In this document: in pieces, positions 17,802-28,100 of the stretch
Numbering within the stretch: the first letter of the stretch is position 1
Layout: every line of letters starts with the position of its first letter
Origin: Staphylococcus phage vB_SsapH-Golestan-100
Length of the DNA stretch: 64,000 bases
Sequence record: LC647030.1
Reading direction: 5' to 3' (one strand)
Made by a program: the position numbers and the translations under genes
Notes under the pieces: model-generated
Databases searched by the model: none
What the model saw: the letters and a program-made list of their open reading frames with translations, nothing else
Told to the model about the DNA's origin: nothing

Positions 17802-18704
17802 ATGTATGGCAACAATAGCTCCTTTACGTCACATTTAACAAACTTTAACAAAGACCCACATAGAGACCCGTCAAACCCTAAGCGTGTAGACGTAAAAGAC
17901 ATAGATGACATTACGCTAGAAGATTATGGGTGGACACCTGATGTAATAAAAAACTATTTCATGTTTGGTATTGACATCAAGGATGAGAATGGTAATATTT
18001 TAGATGAACACTTTTACAACTATCTATTTGAATCTGCAATTGCTGAAGCAGAACAAGAACTAGACATAGTTATCTTACCTAGACTAGAAACTGAGATACA
18101 TGATTATAATGAACAAGAGTTCCAAAGTTTCATGTTTACTCATGTTAGAAAGAAACCTATCATCCAGGTGGAACATTTAGGACTTCAGTTTAATGGTAAG
18201 CCTATTTATGATTATCCAAGTGACTGGTGGAAAGTATATAGTCTACCAGGTCATATAGAAATCTTCCCTACTACACTAATGCAAACAGGAGGGGATGGCT
18301 ATAATACAAATGCTTTCCTAGGATACCCTAACTTAAATGGAGCTACAGCTACAGGTTACAATAGAACATTTGCACCTCAGATGATTAAGATAGAATATGT
18401 AGCAGGTTTATTACCAAGAAAACGTGAAGGTGTAACTAGGGAGTATGAGCTTCCAGCTAACTTACATAAACTAGTAATACAATATGCTATGAAAGAACTG
18501 TTTAAAGTTGGAGGACGTTTAATTATTGGTGCAGGTATTGCTTCACGTTCATTATCTATGGATGATGTAACAGAATCTGTAGTAACTACTCAATCAGCTA
18601 TGTATGGTGGTTATTCAGCAGACATCTTACAAATTGATGCAGACATAAAAGATTTAGTTAGTAAACTGCGTTCTTACTTCGGAACAAACATGACTGCACT
18701 ATAG
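17802..18704 (+). CDS. Head/neck structural protein (300 aa)
   Basis: ORF with RBS ggaggg. Called from its position in the structural module. Confidence 0.45.
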   Translation: MYGNNSSFTSHLTNFNKDPHRDPSNPKRVDVKDIDDITLEDYGWTPDVIKNYFMFGIDIKDENGNILDEHFYNYLFESAIAEAEQELDIVILPRLETEIHDYNEQEFQSFMFTHVRKKPIIQVEHLGLQFNGKPIYDYPSDWWKVYSLPGHIEIFPTTLMQTGGDGYNTNAFLGYPNLNGATATGYNRTFAPQMIKIEYVAGLLPRKREGVTREYELPANLHKLVIQYAMKELFKVGGRLIIGAGIASRSLSMDDVTESVVTTQSAMYGGYSADILQIDADIKDLVSKLRSYFGTNMTAL

Positions 18705-18716
18705 GAGGTTTAGTAA

Positions 18717-19634
18717 TTGAAAGAACCTGTAAATTTAAGTAAGCCAAGTACATACCAATCACAAGAACCAAAGGAACAACCACTTAGTAACCAACTTAAT
18801 AATAACTATGTACCTGAGAAAACAGGTACAGGCTCTAGGACTGAGTTTACTTCTGAAAACTTTAAAAAACACGTTCAAGACCGTTCTATTAAAGTACTGT
18901 GGGAAAGAGGTTATATATGTACCTGTATAAGTAAGAGAACACAATCACCTAGAGCTACATGCCCTAGGTGTCATGGTACAGGAGTAGCTTATAAACCTGC
19001 ACAGCATACATTTGGTATGATTCAGTCGCAAATGAAGGGTGCAAATAACATAGACTTAGGTCTTGTAGACTCAGGCACAGCTATATTTACAACAAGATTT
19101 GAAACTAGAATGGGATTTAGAGACAGAATCACAATACCTGATGTCGTTATACCTCAAAGTATGATTTACCATATAACTCCTGAGAGACAACGTAAAGGTG
19201 TACGATTAAAGTATGATGTAAGAGAGGTAGAGTTTATTACTGGAGAGACAAGAGACTTGACAGAAAATGACTACTATATTGAAAATGGAAAATTGTTTGT
19301 AACAGAAGAGTTCCAAAATCAAAATATATCTATAAATATATTTATGACATTACGTTATATTGTTATGGATTTACTGAAAGAGAGTAGATACCAGTATACT
19401 GAGAATGGTCGAGTAGAACCAACATTTGAAAACTTACCACAAAAGATTCTATTAAAACGTGAAGATAATGTTGTACCTCCTGAGCCATTTATACTAGATA
19501 ACATGGATGATGATAAAGAACGTAGAGAAGCTGAAGCTAAAATAAATAACTTTATGCAACCATCTTCAACAACACCTTCTAAACCTGAGGGTAATGTGCA
19601 AAACAGAGATGGATTCTTTGGAAGTATGCTATAA
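18717..19634 (+). CDS. Structural protein with a CxxC...CxxC zinc ribbon (305 aa)
   Basis: TTG start with RBS ggagg. Contains ICTCIS...TCPRCHG. Confidence 0.45.
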   Translation: MKEPVNLSKPSTYQSQEPKEQPLSNQLNNNYVPEKTGTGSRTEFTSENFKKHVQDRSIKVLWERGYICTCISKRTQSPRATCPRCHGTGVAYKPAQHTFGMIQSQMKGANNIDLGLVDSGTAIFTTRFETRMGFRDRITIPDVVIPQSMIYHITPERQRKGVRLKYDVREVEFITGETRDLTENDYYIENGKLFVTEEFQNQNISINIFMTLRYIVMDLLKESRYQYTENGRVEPTFENLPQKILLKREDNVVPPEPFILDNMDDDKERREAEAKINNFMQPSSTTPSKPEGNVQNRDGFFGSML

Positions 19635-20242
19635 TGAGGTATAGCAGTAAAAGACCTGACGTTTTTAATCATCCGTCCAAACATATTAACAATGTCACAA
19701 ATGCAGTAGAAAATGAAGTAATAAATCAATTTAGATACGCTATAGATAACTCAGGTGAAAATGTAAATGTTAAACAAATGCCTAGGTACTTAGAAGTAAC
19801 AGAGAAGCAAAAGAATAAGAATGGTTATGTGGATTTAAAGCAATCTTTTGCAAGGTCTCCTAAGAGAAAGATGAAGAAAAATGGTGGATGGTACTTAGTG
19901 GTACCTATGAGACTAAAAACATCTAAAATGAGTAGGAGCATGTACTACCAAGTAAATAAAATACCAACAAATCGTAAGTTTAATAATGCTAACCTAGCAG
20001 ACATTTTACAAAATTCTAATGGTTATAAAAATGACATACCTATTACACAAGGCTCTAAGAATAATATCACTAGAGTTAAACCAAAAGGTAAACGTAATTC
20101 TACTTATGTCATGTTCCGTACAGTATCGGACAAATCACCAGCAGGTAGTTGGTTTAGTAACGGTAGAGATAAAAAATCTAAAACATTCTCAGAAAACCTT
20201 AGAAGGCTTGTACAATGGCAAGCTAAGAATCTAGGAAAGTAG
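19634..20242 (+). CDS. Hypothetical structural-module protein (202 aa)
   Basis: ATG overlapping the upstream stop (taATGa). Confidence 0.45.
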   Translation: MRYSSKRPDVFNHPSKHINNVTNAVENEVINQFRYAIDNSGENVNVKQMPRYLEVTEKQKNKNGYVDLKQSFARSPKRKMKKNGGWYLVVPMRLKTSKMSRSMYYQVNKIPTNRKFNNANLADILQNSNGYKNDIPITQGSKNNITRVKPKGKRNSTYVMFRTVSDKSPAGSWFSNGRDKKSKTFSENLRRLVQWQAKNLGK

Positions 20243-20257
20243 ATTGGAGGAACCAAT

Positions 20258-21118
20258 TTGGCAATAGTAAGCCCTGATACATATATTTCACAATTATTAA
20301 AAGATAAAACAAGAGCATTACTATCAAAGTGCTATATTATGAAGGAAGTTTTAAAAGACTTTGATAGTGAGGTGAGGGACAATTTCCTACAAGATTTTTG
20401 TGGTGAGAATCCTAAGTTAGACGTTAATATTTCCTATACATTTCCACAGAGCCCATTAGAAGCTACAGCAAGTTATGTTGTGCAACTGGGAAACAGCAAT
20501 GAGAATGGTTCATCACTAGGGAATATCTTAGGTTCTTATGAAGGAGAAGAGGGGGATGAGAATTCTGTACAGCTAGAAATACAAGAAGCTGAAGATTACT
20601 TATTCTTCGAGTTCCCTACTGAACTAGCTTCTATGCCAATATCTACTGACCTTCAATTCTCAGATTATGATAATGTAACTTTAGATAAAAACCTCTTAAA
20701 GATACGAAAGGATGGTAATGAACATTTAGTTGGTAATTACTATACATTCTTTTATATTGAACATAGAGGAGATAGTAAAGGTAGTGTGAAAGGGTTCGAG
20801 GCCGATGAATCGGTAGTTGTTATACCTCTAAGTAACTCAATTGATACAGCAAGATGCTTGGATGCTGTTCTTAAAATGATACTAATAATGTCAAGAGAGA
20901 ACCTAGAAGAGCAAAATGTTATGAAGTTGCAAAATCTTACTTTTGGGGACATGGCTCCTGTATATGATGATGGTGAAAGACCAATATTTGGGAGACCTGT
21001 AACAATTAGATACCAAGTAACACACTCTATTGATTACACAATAGCTAGAGAAATAACAGAACTATTATTTAAAACACGTGGAGGTTACACAGATGGCAAA
21101 GAAGAAACAAACAGTTAA
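20258..21118 (+). CDS. Hypothetical structural-module protein (286 aa)
   Basis: TTG start with RBS ggagg. Confidence 0.45.
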   Translation: MAIVSPDTYISQLLKDKTRALLSKCYIMKEVLKDFDSEVRDNFLQDFCGENPKLDVNISYTFPQSPLEATASYVVQLGNSNENGSSLGNILGSYEGEEGDENSVQLEIQEAEDYLFFEFPTELASMPISTDLQFSDYDNVTLDKNLLKIRKDGNEHLVGNYYTFFYIEHRGDSKGSVKGFEADESVVVIPLSNSIDTARCLDAVLKMILIMSRENLEEQNVMKLQNLTFGDMAPVYDDGERPIFGRPVTIRYQVTHSIDYTIAREITELLFKTRGGYTDGKEETNS

Positions 21119-21305
21119 GACAGTTAAAACGTCTAAACCCTATGCAGACATCTTTACTTTCTTAGATACTGCTGAGAACTACTTTGGTCTCACAGCAGGT
21201 CAAGTAGAAGGATTTAAAGCATTCATGCAAGGTAAATATTACCAACATGCAGAACAGGATTTTATCCCTTACTTAGAGCAGTATTTAGGTAAGAAATTAA
21301 AATAA
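21093..21305 (+). CDS. Small protein (70 aa)
   Basis: ATG with a ggagg RBS. The track start at 21078 lacks an RBS. Confidence 0.4.
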   Translation: MAKKKQTVKTVKTSKPYADIFTFLDTAENYFGLTAGQVEGFKAFMQGKYYQHAEQDFIPYLEQYLGKKLK

Positions 21306-21326
21306 ATATTGAAAGGTGACTAAAAA

Positions 21327-23156
21327 ATGGCAGAAATACAATACCCACGTTATGACATTAGTAGACCTCACACAGTCATTAAAACAGACACAAGTAATTT
21401 AAGTGGTACTGCAAGTGACAGTGAGAAAGTTCTTTGCCTTATCGGTAAGGCAGAGGGAGGAAAACCTAATACAGTCTATGAAATAAAAAATATTACATTT
21501 GCAAGAAGCATTTTCCGTTCAGGTGAACTGATGGATGCAATTGAGTTAGCTTGGACAGGCTCTCCTGATGCAACAGCAGGAACAATTCTTGCGATGCGTT
21601 TAGAGAATGCAGAAGCATCTCAGTTAACAACAACTGGAATGAAAGTCCTTTCTAAGGTTTACGGTAGTGTATCTAACAATATCTCTGTAGCATTAGAGGA
21701 TAACACAATCTCAGACTCAAAACGTTTAAAAGTTAATTTCCCTGATGATAACAGATTTGAAGTATACGACAACTTAGGTAACATCTTCCAAATCCATTAT
21801 ACGGGTGATGAGGGTTCAGCATTCTATAGTGTTGTTAAAGACCCTGAAACTCATAAATCAACTAAATTAGTTTTATCAGTAGGAAGCAAGATTGATGCTG
21901 AAGAAGCTAAGAAAGGTAATGTTGTTTTAGGAGCTACTCAAGCAGAAGACCCTGAAAATGTAAGTGTTGAAGCAGGTGAGGAAAGTGCTAATGTTACAGC
22001 CACTCAATCAACTCCTGAAGGCACTGGAAGAATTGCTAAAATTTACGACTTAGCTAAAACATATAGAGATGCTAACTCACTTATCTCTGACATTAATAAC
22101 TTACCTGACTTTGAAGTTAAAGTTTCTCCATTTGGTGATAAGAATGTTGATACTACATCTTTAGATGAAGCAACTAACGTAAGTGTTAAAGAAGACTTTG
22201 TTTACCTTAAAGCTATTTTTGGTGACATCAAACTTCAAACAGAATACAGTGACCTTGTAGAATTTGAAGAAGTTCAAGGAGAGAAAATTGAAGCTTTTGA
22301 TGAAACATCGTTAACAGGTGGTTCTAATGGAGACCCTGTTACTACTTGGTCAGATAAATTTGCTAAGTTTGCTAATGAAGGTGGTTACTACTTAGTACCA
22401 TTAACTGATAAAGAATCTGTTCATGCAGAGGCAGGACACTTTGTAAAAGAACGTTCTGACATTGGTGAACCTATGAGAGCTATTGTAGGTGGAGGATTCA
22501 AAGAATCTAAAGAAAAGCTCTTAGCTCGTGTATCAGGACTAAAATCTAACCCACGTGTAATGCTTATTGCTTCTAGTGGTGAGTTCTCAATGCAAGATGG
22601 TCGTGCTTTACATGTACCAGCTTACTTGATGGCTTCTGCTATCGGTGGATTAGCTACAGGTTTAGACATTGGTGAATCTATTACATTCAAACGTTTATTC
22701 TTGAATAATCTAGACATTGTTTTAGATGGTACAGGTTTAGACCAATTGAATGATAATGGTATTGTACCTATTGAATTTGTACGTAGTCGTACTGAGACAT
22801 TCTTCCGTATTGTCAATGACATCACTACTTACAATGATAAATCAGACCCTGTTAAACAAGAGATGTCAGTCGGAGAAGCTAATGACTTCTTAGTATCTGA
22901 ACTTAAAGTTAGACTAGACAATAGATTCATTGGTACAAGAACATTTGCAACAAGTGCTTCACTTATCAAAGACTTCTTAATTGGATACTTGAATGAGAAA
23001 GTTGCAGACCAAGAAATCCAAGGATTTGATGCTGAAGACATCCAAGTTAGTGTAATTGGAAATCAAGCTCAAATTGCTATGACAGTTTACCCAATCAGAA
23101 GCTTCAAGAAAATTACTGTTAGCTTGGTTTACAAGCAACAAACATTACAAGCCTAA
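21327..23156 (+). CDS. Tail sheath protein
   Basis: 609 aa, immediately upstream of the tube gene, with size and position typical of myovirus sheath proteins. Confidence 0.6.
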   Translation: MAEIQYPRYDISRPHTVIKTDTSNLSGTASDSEKVLCLIGKAEGGKPNTVYEIKNITFARSIFRSGELMDAIELAWTGSPDATAGTILAMRLENAEASQLTTTGMKVLSKVYGSVSNNISVALEDNTISDSKRLKVNFPDDNRFEVYDNLGNIFQIHYTGDEGSAFYSVVKDPETHKSTKLVLSVGSKIDAEEAKKGNVVLGATQAEDPENVSVEAGEESANVTATQSTPEGTGRIAKIYDLAKTYRDANSLISDINNLPDFEVKVSPFGDKNVDTTSLDEATNVSVKEDFVYLKAIFGDIKLQTEYSDLVEFEEVQGEKIEAFDETSLTGGSNGDPVTTWSDKFAKFANEGGYYLVPLTDKESVHAEAGHFVKERSDIGEPMRAIVGGGFKESKEKLLARVSGLKSNPRVMLIASSGEFSMQDGRALHVPAYLMASAIGGLATGLDIGESITFKRLFLNNLDIVLDGTGLDQLNDNGIVPIEFVRSRTETFFRIVNDITTYNDKSDPVKQEMSVGEANDFLVSELKVRLDNRFIGTRTFATSASLIKDFLIGYLNEKVADQEIQGFDAEDIQVSVIGNQAQIAMTVYPIRSFKKITVSLVYKQQTLQA

Positions 23157-23228
23157 TCTAGGTGATGGAGTACCTAGGTTAGGTACTCCTATTAATATAA
23201 TTTAAATATTCTAGGAGAGTGAATATAG

Positions 23229-23556
23229 ATGGCATCAGAAAAGAAACAGTCTGTACACAGTGGTAATACCGTCTACATTATGGTAGGTGGAAAAATCGTT
23301 GGTCGTGCACAATCAGCTTCAGGACAACGTGAATATGGTACTACAGGTGTTTATGAAATTGGTTCTATTATGCCTCAAGAACACGTATACTTACGTTATG
23401 AGGGTACAATCACAGTAGAACGTTTACGTATGAAAAAAGAGAACTTTGCTAAGTTAGGCTTTGCTTCACTAGGTGAAGAGATTCTTAAAAAAGACGTAAT
23501 TGACCTTGTAGTCGTAGATAATTTAACTAAAGATGTTATTATATCTTACCACGGTT
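23229..23556 (+). CDS. Tail tube protein, exon 1. The in-frame TAA at 23556-23558 is proposed to be intronic.
   Basis: RBS aggagag. 109 codons. Exon 1 ends GGUU and can pair with the intron IGS GACC. Confidence 0.5.
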
Positions 23557-23791
23557 AAAATAATTGACCCCTCTATTAGGAAACTAATAGTTGAATCATA
23601 CCTTACAGAAAAAATAGTTTAGATACCATAAGCTGAGAAAAAGCTCTAAATTGATTAGAGTGCTAAGTGGTTAATAATCGGAAATCAGCATCGAAGCTCC
23701 TGTAAAATGGATAACGTTCAACGACTATAATAGGTAGACCTTAAATGGTTATGGTATAGTCTAGCCCCTTTAAAATATATCGAAAGATAGG
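23557..23791 (+). mobile_element. Small ORF-less group I intron in the tail tube gene
   Basis: R element GUUCAACGACUAUA at 23716-23730. S element GGUAUAGUCUAGCC at 23753-23766. P1 is the hairpin GGUU|AAaauaaUUGACC. The 5' region ugaCCCCUCUAU resembles the terL intron cagCCCCUAUCG. A short open frame follows, ending exactly at the terminator. Confidence 0.55.
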
Positions 23792-23904
23792 GTATAAGCG
23801 GTAGCGCACAGAACTATAATGAAGAATTCCGAGTAGGGGAAATCGTAACAGAACAAATTGCTTTCCTTTACCTATATGCTAGTGATAAAGCTTCAAGCAA
23901 GTAA
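23792..23904 (+). CDS. Tail tube protein, exon 2. Predicted spliced product is about 146 aa.
   Basis: After splicing, codon t|gt is followed by ISGSAQNYNEEFRVGEIVTEQIAFLYLYASDKASSK and then a stop. The intrinsic terminator starts 5 nt after this stop. Confidence 0.45.
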
Positions 23905-23908
23905 TACT

Positions 23909-23941
23909 AAGAGACCTAAATATAAGGTCTCTTTTTTTTTG
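23909..23941 (+). terminator. Rho-independent terminator
   Basis: agagacct/aggtctct stem followed by T9. Confidence 0.65.
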
Positions 23942-24008
23942 TCTAAGGATATAGACCCTATGTTATATTAAATTGTATAAGAAAAGACTATACAAAAAAC
24001 TCCTTGTA

Positions 24009-24017
24009 TGTTATAAT
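24009..24017 (+). promoter_or_regulatory. Extended -10 promoter (TGTTATAAT) for the chaperone/TMP operon
   Basis: tgttataat, 34 nt upstream of the chaperone ATG. Confidence 0.35.
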
Positions 24018-24050
24018 AGATTATATCAAATAGGTAAAGGAGAAGGAATA

Positions 24051-24509
24051 ATGACAGAACAAGATAAAAACAAGGAAACTATTGAACAAGAAGAGAAAGT
24101 AGAAGAAAAAAATTATAGTAAGATGACTAAAGAAGAAATTGATGCTATTAAGTATAAAGAGGAAGAAGAGCAAGAAGTTGTATTAGATAAGATACTTAAA
24201 GGCGTAAATGATGTATTTAAAAAAGACTATGATTTTAAAGAGCTAGACTTAAAGTTCTCTATAGCACTACACATACCTAATGCTCTAGAAACAGGTAGAA
24301 TATTAAAGCTAACTTCTGAACTTCTAGATGGTGACGTGTTCAATGTACCTAAGATGTATTACGATGCATTCCATATGTTAGCTACAATTATGGTTGTAGG
24401 TGACGACATCCCTAAAGAGTTTGAAGACCCTGAAAAAGTGTATAACTTAGACCCATTACTTATTGTAAGAAGGGATTGGTTAGAGTTCTTAAACTCCTTT
24501 CGCTATTAG
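24051..24509 (+). CDS. Tail assembly chaperone (gpG-like), upstream frame
   Basis: ATG with a taaaggagaagg RBS; the track start at 23973 has no RBS. The product is acidic. The gene lies between the tube and TMP genes. Confidence 0.55.
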   Translation: MTEQDKNKETIEQEEKVEEKNYSKMTKEEIDAIKYKEEEEQEVVLDKILKGVNDVFKKDYDFKELDLKFSIALHIPNALETGRILKLTSELLDGDVFNVPKMYYDAFHMLATIMVVGDDIPKEFEDPEKVYNLDPLLIVRRDWLEFLNSFRY

Positions 24510-25119
24510 AGAAAGCACTGTAGACGCATATGAGATAGATGATGTTGGGGGTTATGATGTTATAGCTAAAACCCCCAAAGCTAGAAATATGTGGGCTATT
24601 ATGAAAGAGTTTAAAGTACTACCAACAGACCAAAGGTTCCAAGACTTGAGTATGCATCAAATAAACTTTATTATAGCATCAATGAACTATGATGTTAAAC
24701 TCCAAGAAAGAGCTAATAGAGGAATAGACATCAACTCTACAATTGAAGATAATGATACTTCATGGTGGGATGCTCCGCATGATGAATTTAACCCTATTGC
24801 TGAAGGTCATGATGAAGAAGACATTGCTAGACAAGTAGAAGAACGTCTTACTGAAGCAGAACGTAAGTCTATGAAAGATAGATTTGAAGATGAGATTGCT
24901 TATGAAGAGTACATCAGAAATGGTGGCGTAGACTTCGAGAAAGAATCTATTAAGCAGATAATTCATAACAACTTAGAAGAACTTAGAGAAGAAGCGCAAA
25001 GTGGTGAATTTACTGAAGGAACTACCCCAACGATACAAGAAACATCAGAAGAAGACATTCAAGAAGCAATTAACTTGTTTGATGAAGAGAATGATGATGA
25101 CCTAAGTGGTTACATGTAA
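24493..25119 (+). CDS. Tail assembly chaperone extension (gpGT-like), probably expressed by a +1 frameshift from 24051..24509
   Basis: The +1 frame opens at 24493 and overlaps the upstream stop by 17 nt. There is no RBS before the first ATG at 24589. A candidate shift site is UUU_CGC at 24498-24503. Confidence 0.4.
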   Translation, partial: TPFAIRESTVDAYEIDDVGGYDVIAKTPKARNMWAIMKEFKVLPTDQRFQDLSMHQINFIIASMNYDVKLQERANRGIDINSTIEDNDTSWWDAPHDEFNPIAEGHDEEDIARQVEERLTEAERKSMKDRFEDEIAYEEYIRNGGVDFEKESIKQIIHNNLEELREEAQSGEFTEGTTPTIQETSEEDIQEAINLFDEENDDDLSGYM

Positions 25120-25150
25120 GACAGGGGTCACACCCTGTCTATTATTTTTA
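25120..25150 (+). terminator. Hairpin plus U run; weak terminator or attenuator before the TMP gene
   Basis: gacaggg/ccctgtc stem followed by tattattttta. Confidence 0.4.
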
Positions 25151-25166
25151 TGGTAGGTGAGAACAT

Positions 25167-28100
25167 TTGGATAATTATAGAATTCGAGTCACAGGTGATG
25201 GCTCCAATGCTTTAAATGAGATACAAAAGATTAATAAAGCAATGGACAATATTGACAAACGTGACAGTGGTAAAGGATTTAAAGGAATAGAAAGTGCCTT
25301 AAAGAATGTTAGTAAGTTGACAGATGAAATCAATAAATCTGTAGACAATGCTAGTAACAAAAGCGTACTATCACAATCGCAACTAGAAAAAGACCAAAAA
25401 AATATACAACAAACTTTAGATACGTTAAGAGCTCTTAGAACGGAAGTAGACAGAGCTACTAAACAAGCATCTAAAAAAGGATTAACATTAGACCCTCAAG
25501 CTCAACGTTCTTATAAAGCACTAGGTAAAGAAATAGATAAGATAGCTCAGAAGAGAGACATGTTAGGTAGTAAAAATGTAAAACCTGATGCTTCTATGAG
25601 ACAAGCTATTAATGATGCTAAGGTGTTTGAAAGCAGAACTCAAAAAGCTACAGACGCATTACGAGAGCAACAACGTGTAGCTAAACAGTTACAAAGAGAT
25701 AATAGGGAAGCAACAAGAGCAAGTCGTATTGTAAACGATGGGTTAACTAATGGGAGAGTTACATACAATGATAGACAACGATTGAACTCTGCATTAGATA
25801 AAGGTCGTGACGTAGGTGGTACACCAAGCTATTACAAGCAACAGTCTAATAAAATACAAAGTAATATAGAATCATCAGGTTCTGCTATTAGAGAAAATAG
25901 AGAAAAGATAGAAGCATTAAACAAAAGACCTCAAAATTTGGAGAACAAAGAACGTAAAGCTCAATTGATGGATGAGAATGAAGAGCTAGAAAAATTAATT
26001 AGAAACCTTCAAAAAGCTAAAGGTCGTTATGAGGACATGGATGCTACAGCTAAGAAGAACTTTAATGCTACTAAAACAGAAACAGGTAGAGATTCATTTG
26101 GTACCCAAGCTGAAAGAGGTTCCTTTAAAGCAACTATGGCTGATAGAGCACCATCTATAGCAATGGCTGGTATTGGAGCTACAGGTTTTGCCCTAACAAG
26201 TAGCTATATGAAAGGTGATACCATAAATAAGAGCAATAGAGACGACATGTTCTTTAGAGGTAATCTTATGGGAGAAACAGACTATGGTCAAGTCCGTAGA
26301 GATATGTTCTCTCAGGGCATAGATGCTGGTTATGGTTATAATGCAGAAAACTTAAATGCAATGGCTGGACAATATCTAGAAGTTAATGGATACCAAGGTA
26401 AAAAATCTATGGAAGAGGGGCTTACTCAGTACCAAAGAGCAGGTCGTTCCCTAAATATAGACAATGAAGCTTTCCAACAGTCTTATACTAATATTGGTAG
26501 AACAGGTGGTATGCAAGGTGGTCAAGAGATTGCTGACTTTACCAATACTTTTGTAGGTGCCTTAGACAAATCTAAAATGACTCATAAAAGTGAACAACAG
26601 TTAAAAGCTTTAGATTCAATGGTATCACAAATGGGTAGTACAAGAACCCTAGGAGCTAATGATGTTAATGAGATGACTGCACTACAAGGTGTAATGGCTG
26701 AGTCAGGTCTCAAAACCTTACAAGGAGAAAAAGGTGCAGATGCTGTTAATAAAATCTCTACAGGTCTGCAATCTAATAAAACTGACCCATTTAACTTACA
26801 GGCTATGGGATACGGTTCAGAGTTAAATAGCGTTTCAGGTTTGAGAGAAGCTATGCGTAGAGAAGATGAAGGAGCAACACCTGAGAATATTAAAAGATTA
26901 ATAAGCCAATCAGGTGGCGGAGACATGTCTGCTATTGCTTTACAAACACAGTTTGGTCTATCTTCAGAACAAGCAGACGGTATGTTAAAACTATACGATG
27001 AAGGTAAGTTAGACAAAAAGAATATTGACAAGTACATGGAAGACTCTAAGAAAAAAGGCAAGAAAAAAGCTGATAAGGACTCAGACAATGTTAAGGACTC
27101 TAAAGAAAATAAAGCTAATAAAAATGAAGTTGCAAGAGAAAGCCAAAATTCTAGAACAAGAGAAAACGGTCAATGGGTTGATGATTTAGCATCAGCAGGT
27201 ACTAGCTTAAACAACGCTGGATACCTATTAACTGCGGCCGCTGGAGCACTTATGGTCTCTGCTACTGGAAGTGCGCTGATGGGTGGACTAAGTTCTATGG
27301 TTCGTAAGTTAGGTTCTAAAGGTATTAAAGGTACAGGTCAACATTACGGAGGTAAAGTCAAAGAGTTTGGTTCTAAAGCCAAAGAATGGGGCGGTAATGT
27401 TAGACGTGGCGGAAGTGATAACGCTGGTAAAACTTCTAAAGGTGGAGAATCTACTAAAGGTGGAACTAAAGGCGGTCAAACAGACTCTATGAGAGACTTT
27501 AAAACCTTTGACAAAGATTCTACATCAGGCAAGACTAAAAGAGGTAGAATGAGAGGCTTTGGTAAAACTATTACTGATGCTGGTAGAAGCTTCGGAGACT
27601 TTATAGGTCTAGGTGGAGATACCGCTAAAAACCAAAATGGTCGTGGACTAGGAAGAAGTGCTACAGGTAATACAAGACGTGCTAAGTTTGGTAAAGGTCT
27701 AAAAGACTTTATCTTTAGAGACCCTATGAGTAAAGGCGGAGCAGGTATTATATCAGGAGGTAGCAAAGCTGGTAATATAGCCAAAGGAGCTGTAGGAAAA
27801 CTAGGGCTTATTGGCGCAGGTATAAACGCTATAGACATTGGAAGCTCACTAGCAAAAGGTGATGACAAAGCAGTTTCTAGTAAGTTTGGTAATTTCATGG
27901 GAGGTATAATAGACCCTCTAGGTCTAGGTTACGGTGATGGTCTTAAGAAACATGCTACAGAAACAGCTGACAAAGCTCAGAATAATAAAGGCTTATTTGG
28001 TAAAGGTGGCTTAATAGACTTTAGTTGGAGTAATGGAGATAAAGATAGTAAAAACCAATTTAAAGACTCTATACTAGGCAAACCTATCTCCAAAGCTTGG

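Noticed and set aside
23170-23195. Hairpin ggagtacc...ggtactcc after the sheath gene
   Set aside because: It lacks a U run. It is possibly an RNA-processing or stability element rather than a terminator, and the evidence is too weak to call.
23973-24050. Annotated start of the chaperone ORF at 23973 (MYKKRLYKK...)
   Set aside because: It lies upstream of the extended -10 promoter and has no RBS. The ATG at 24051 has a strong SD (taaaggagaagg).
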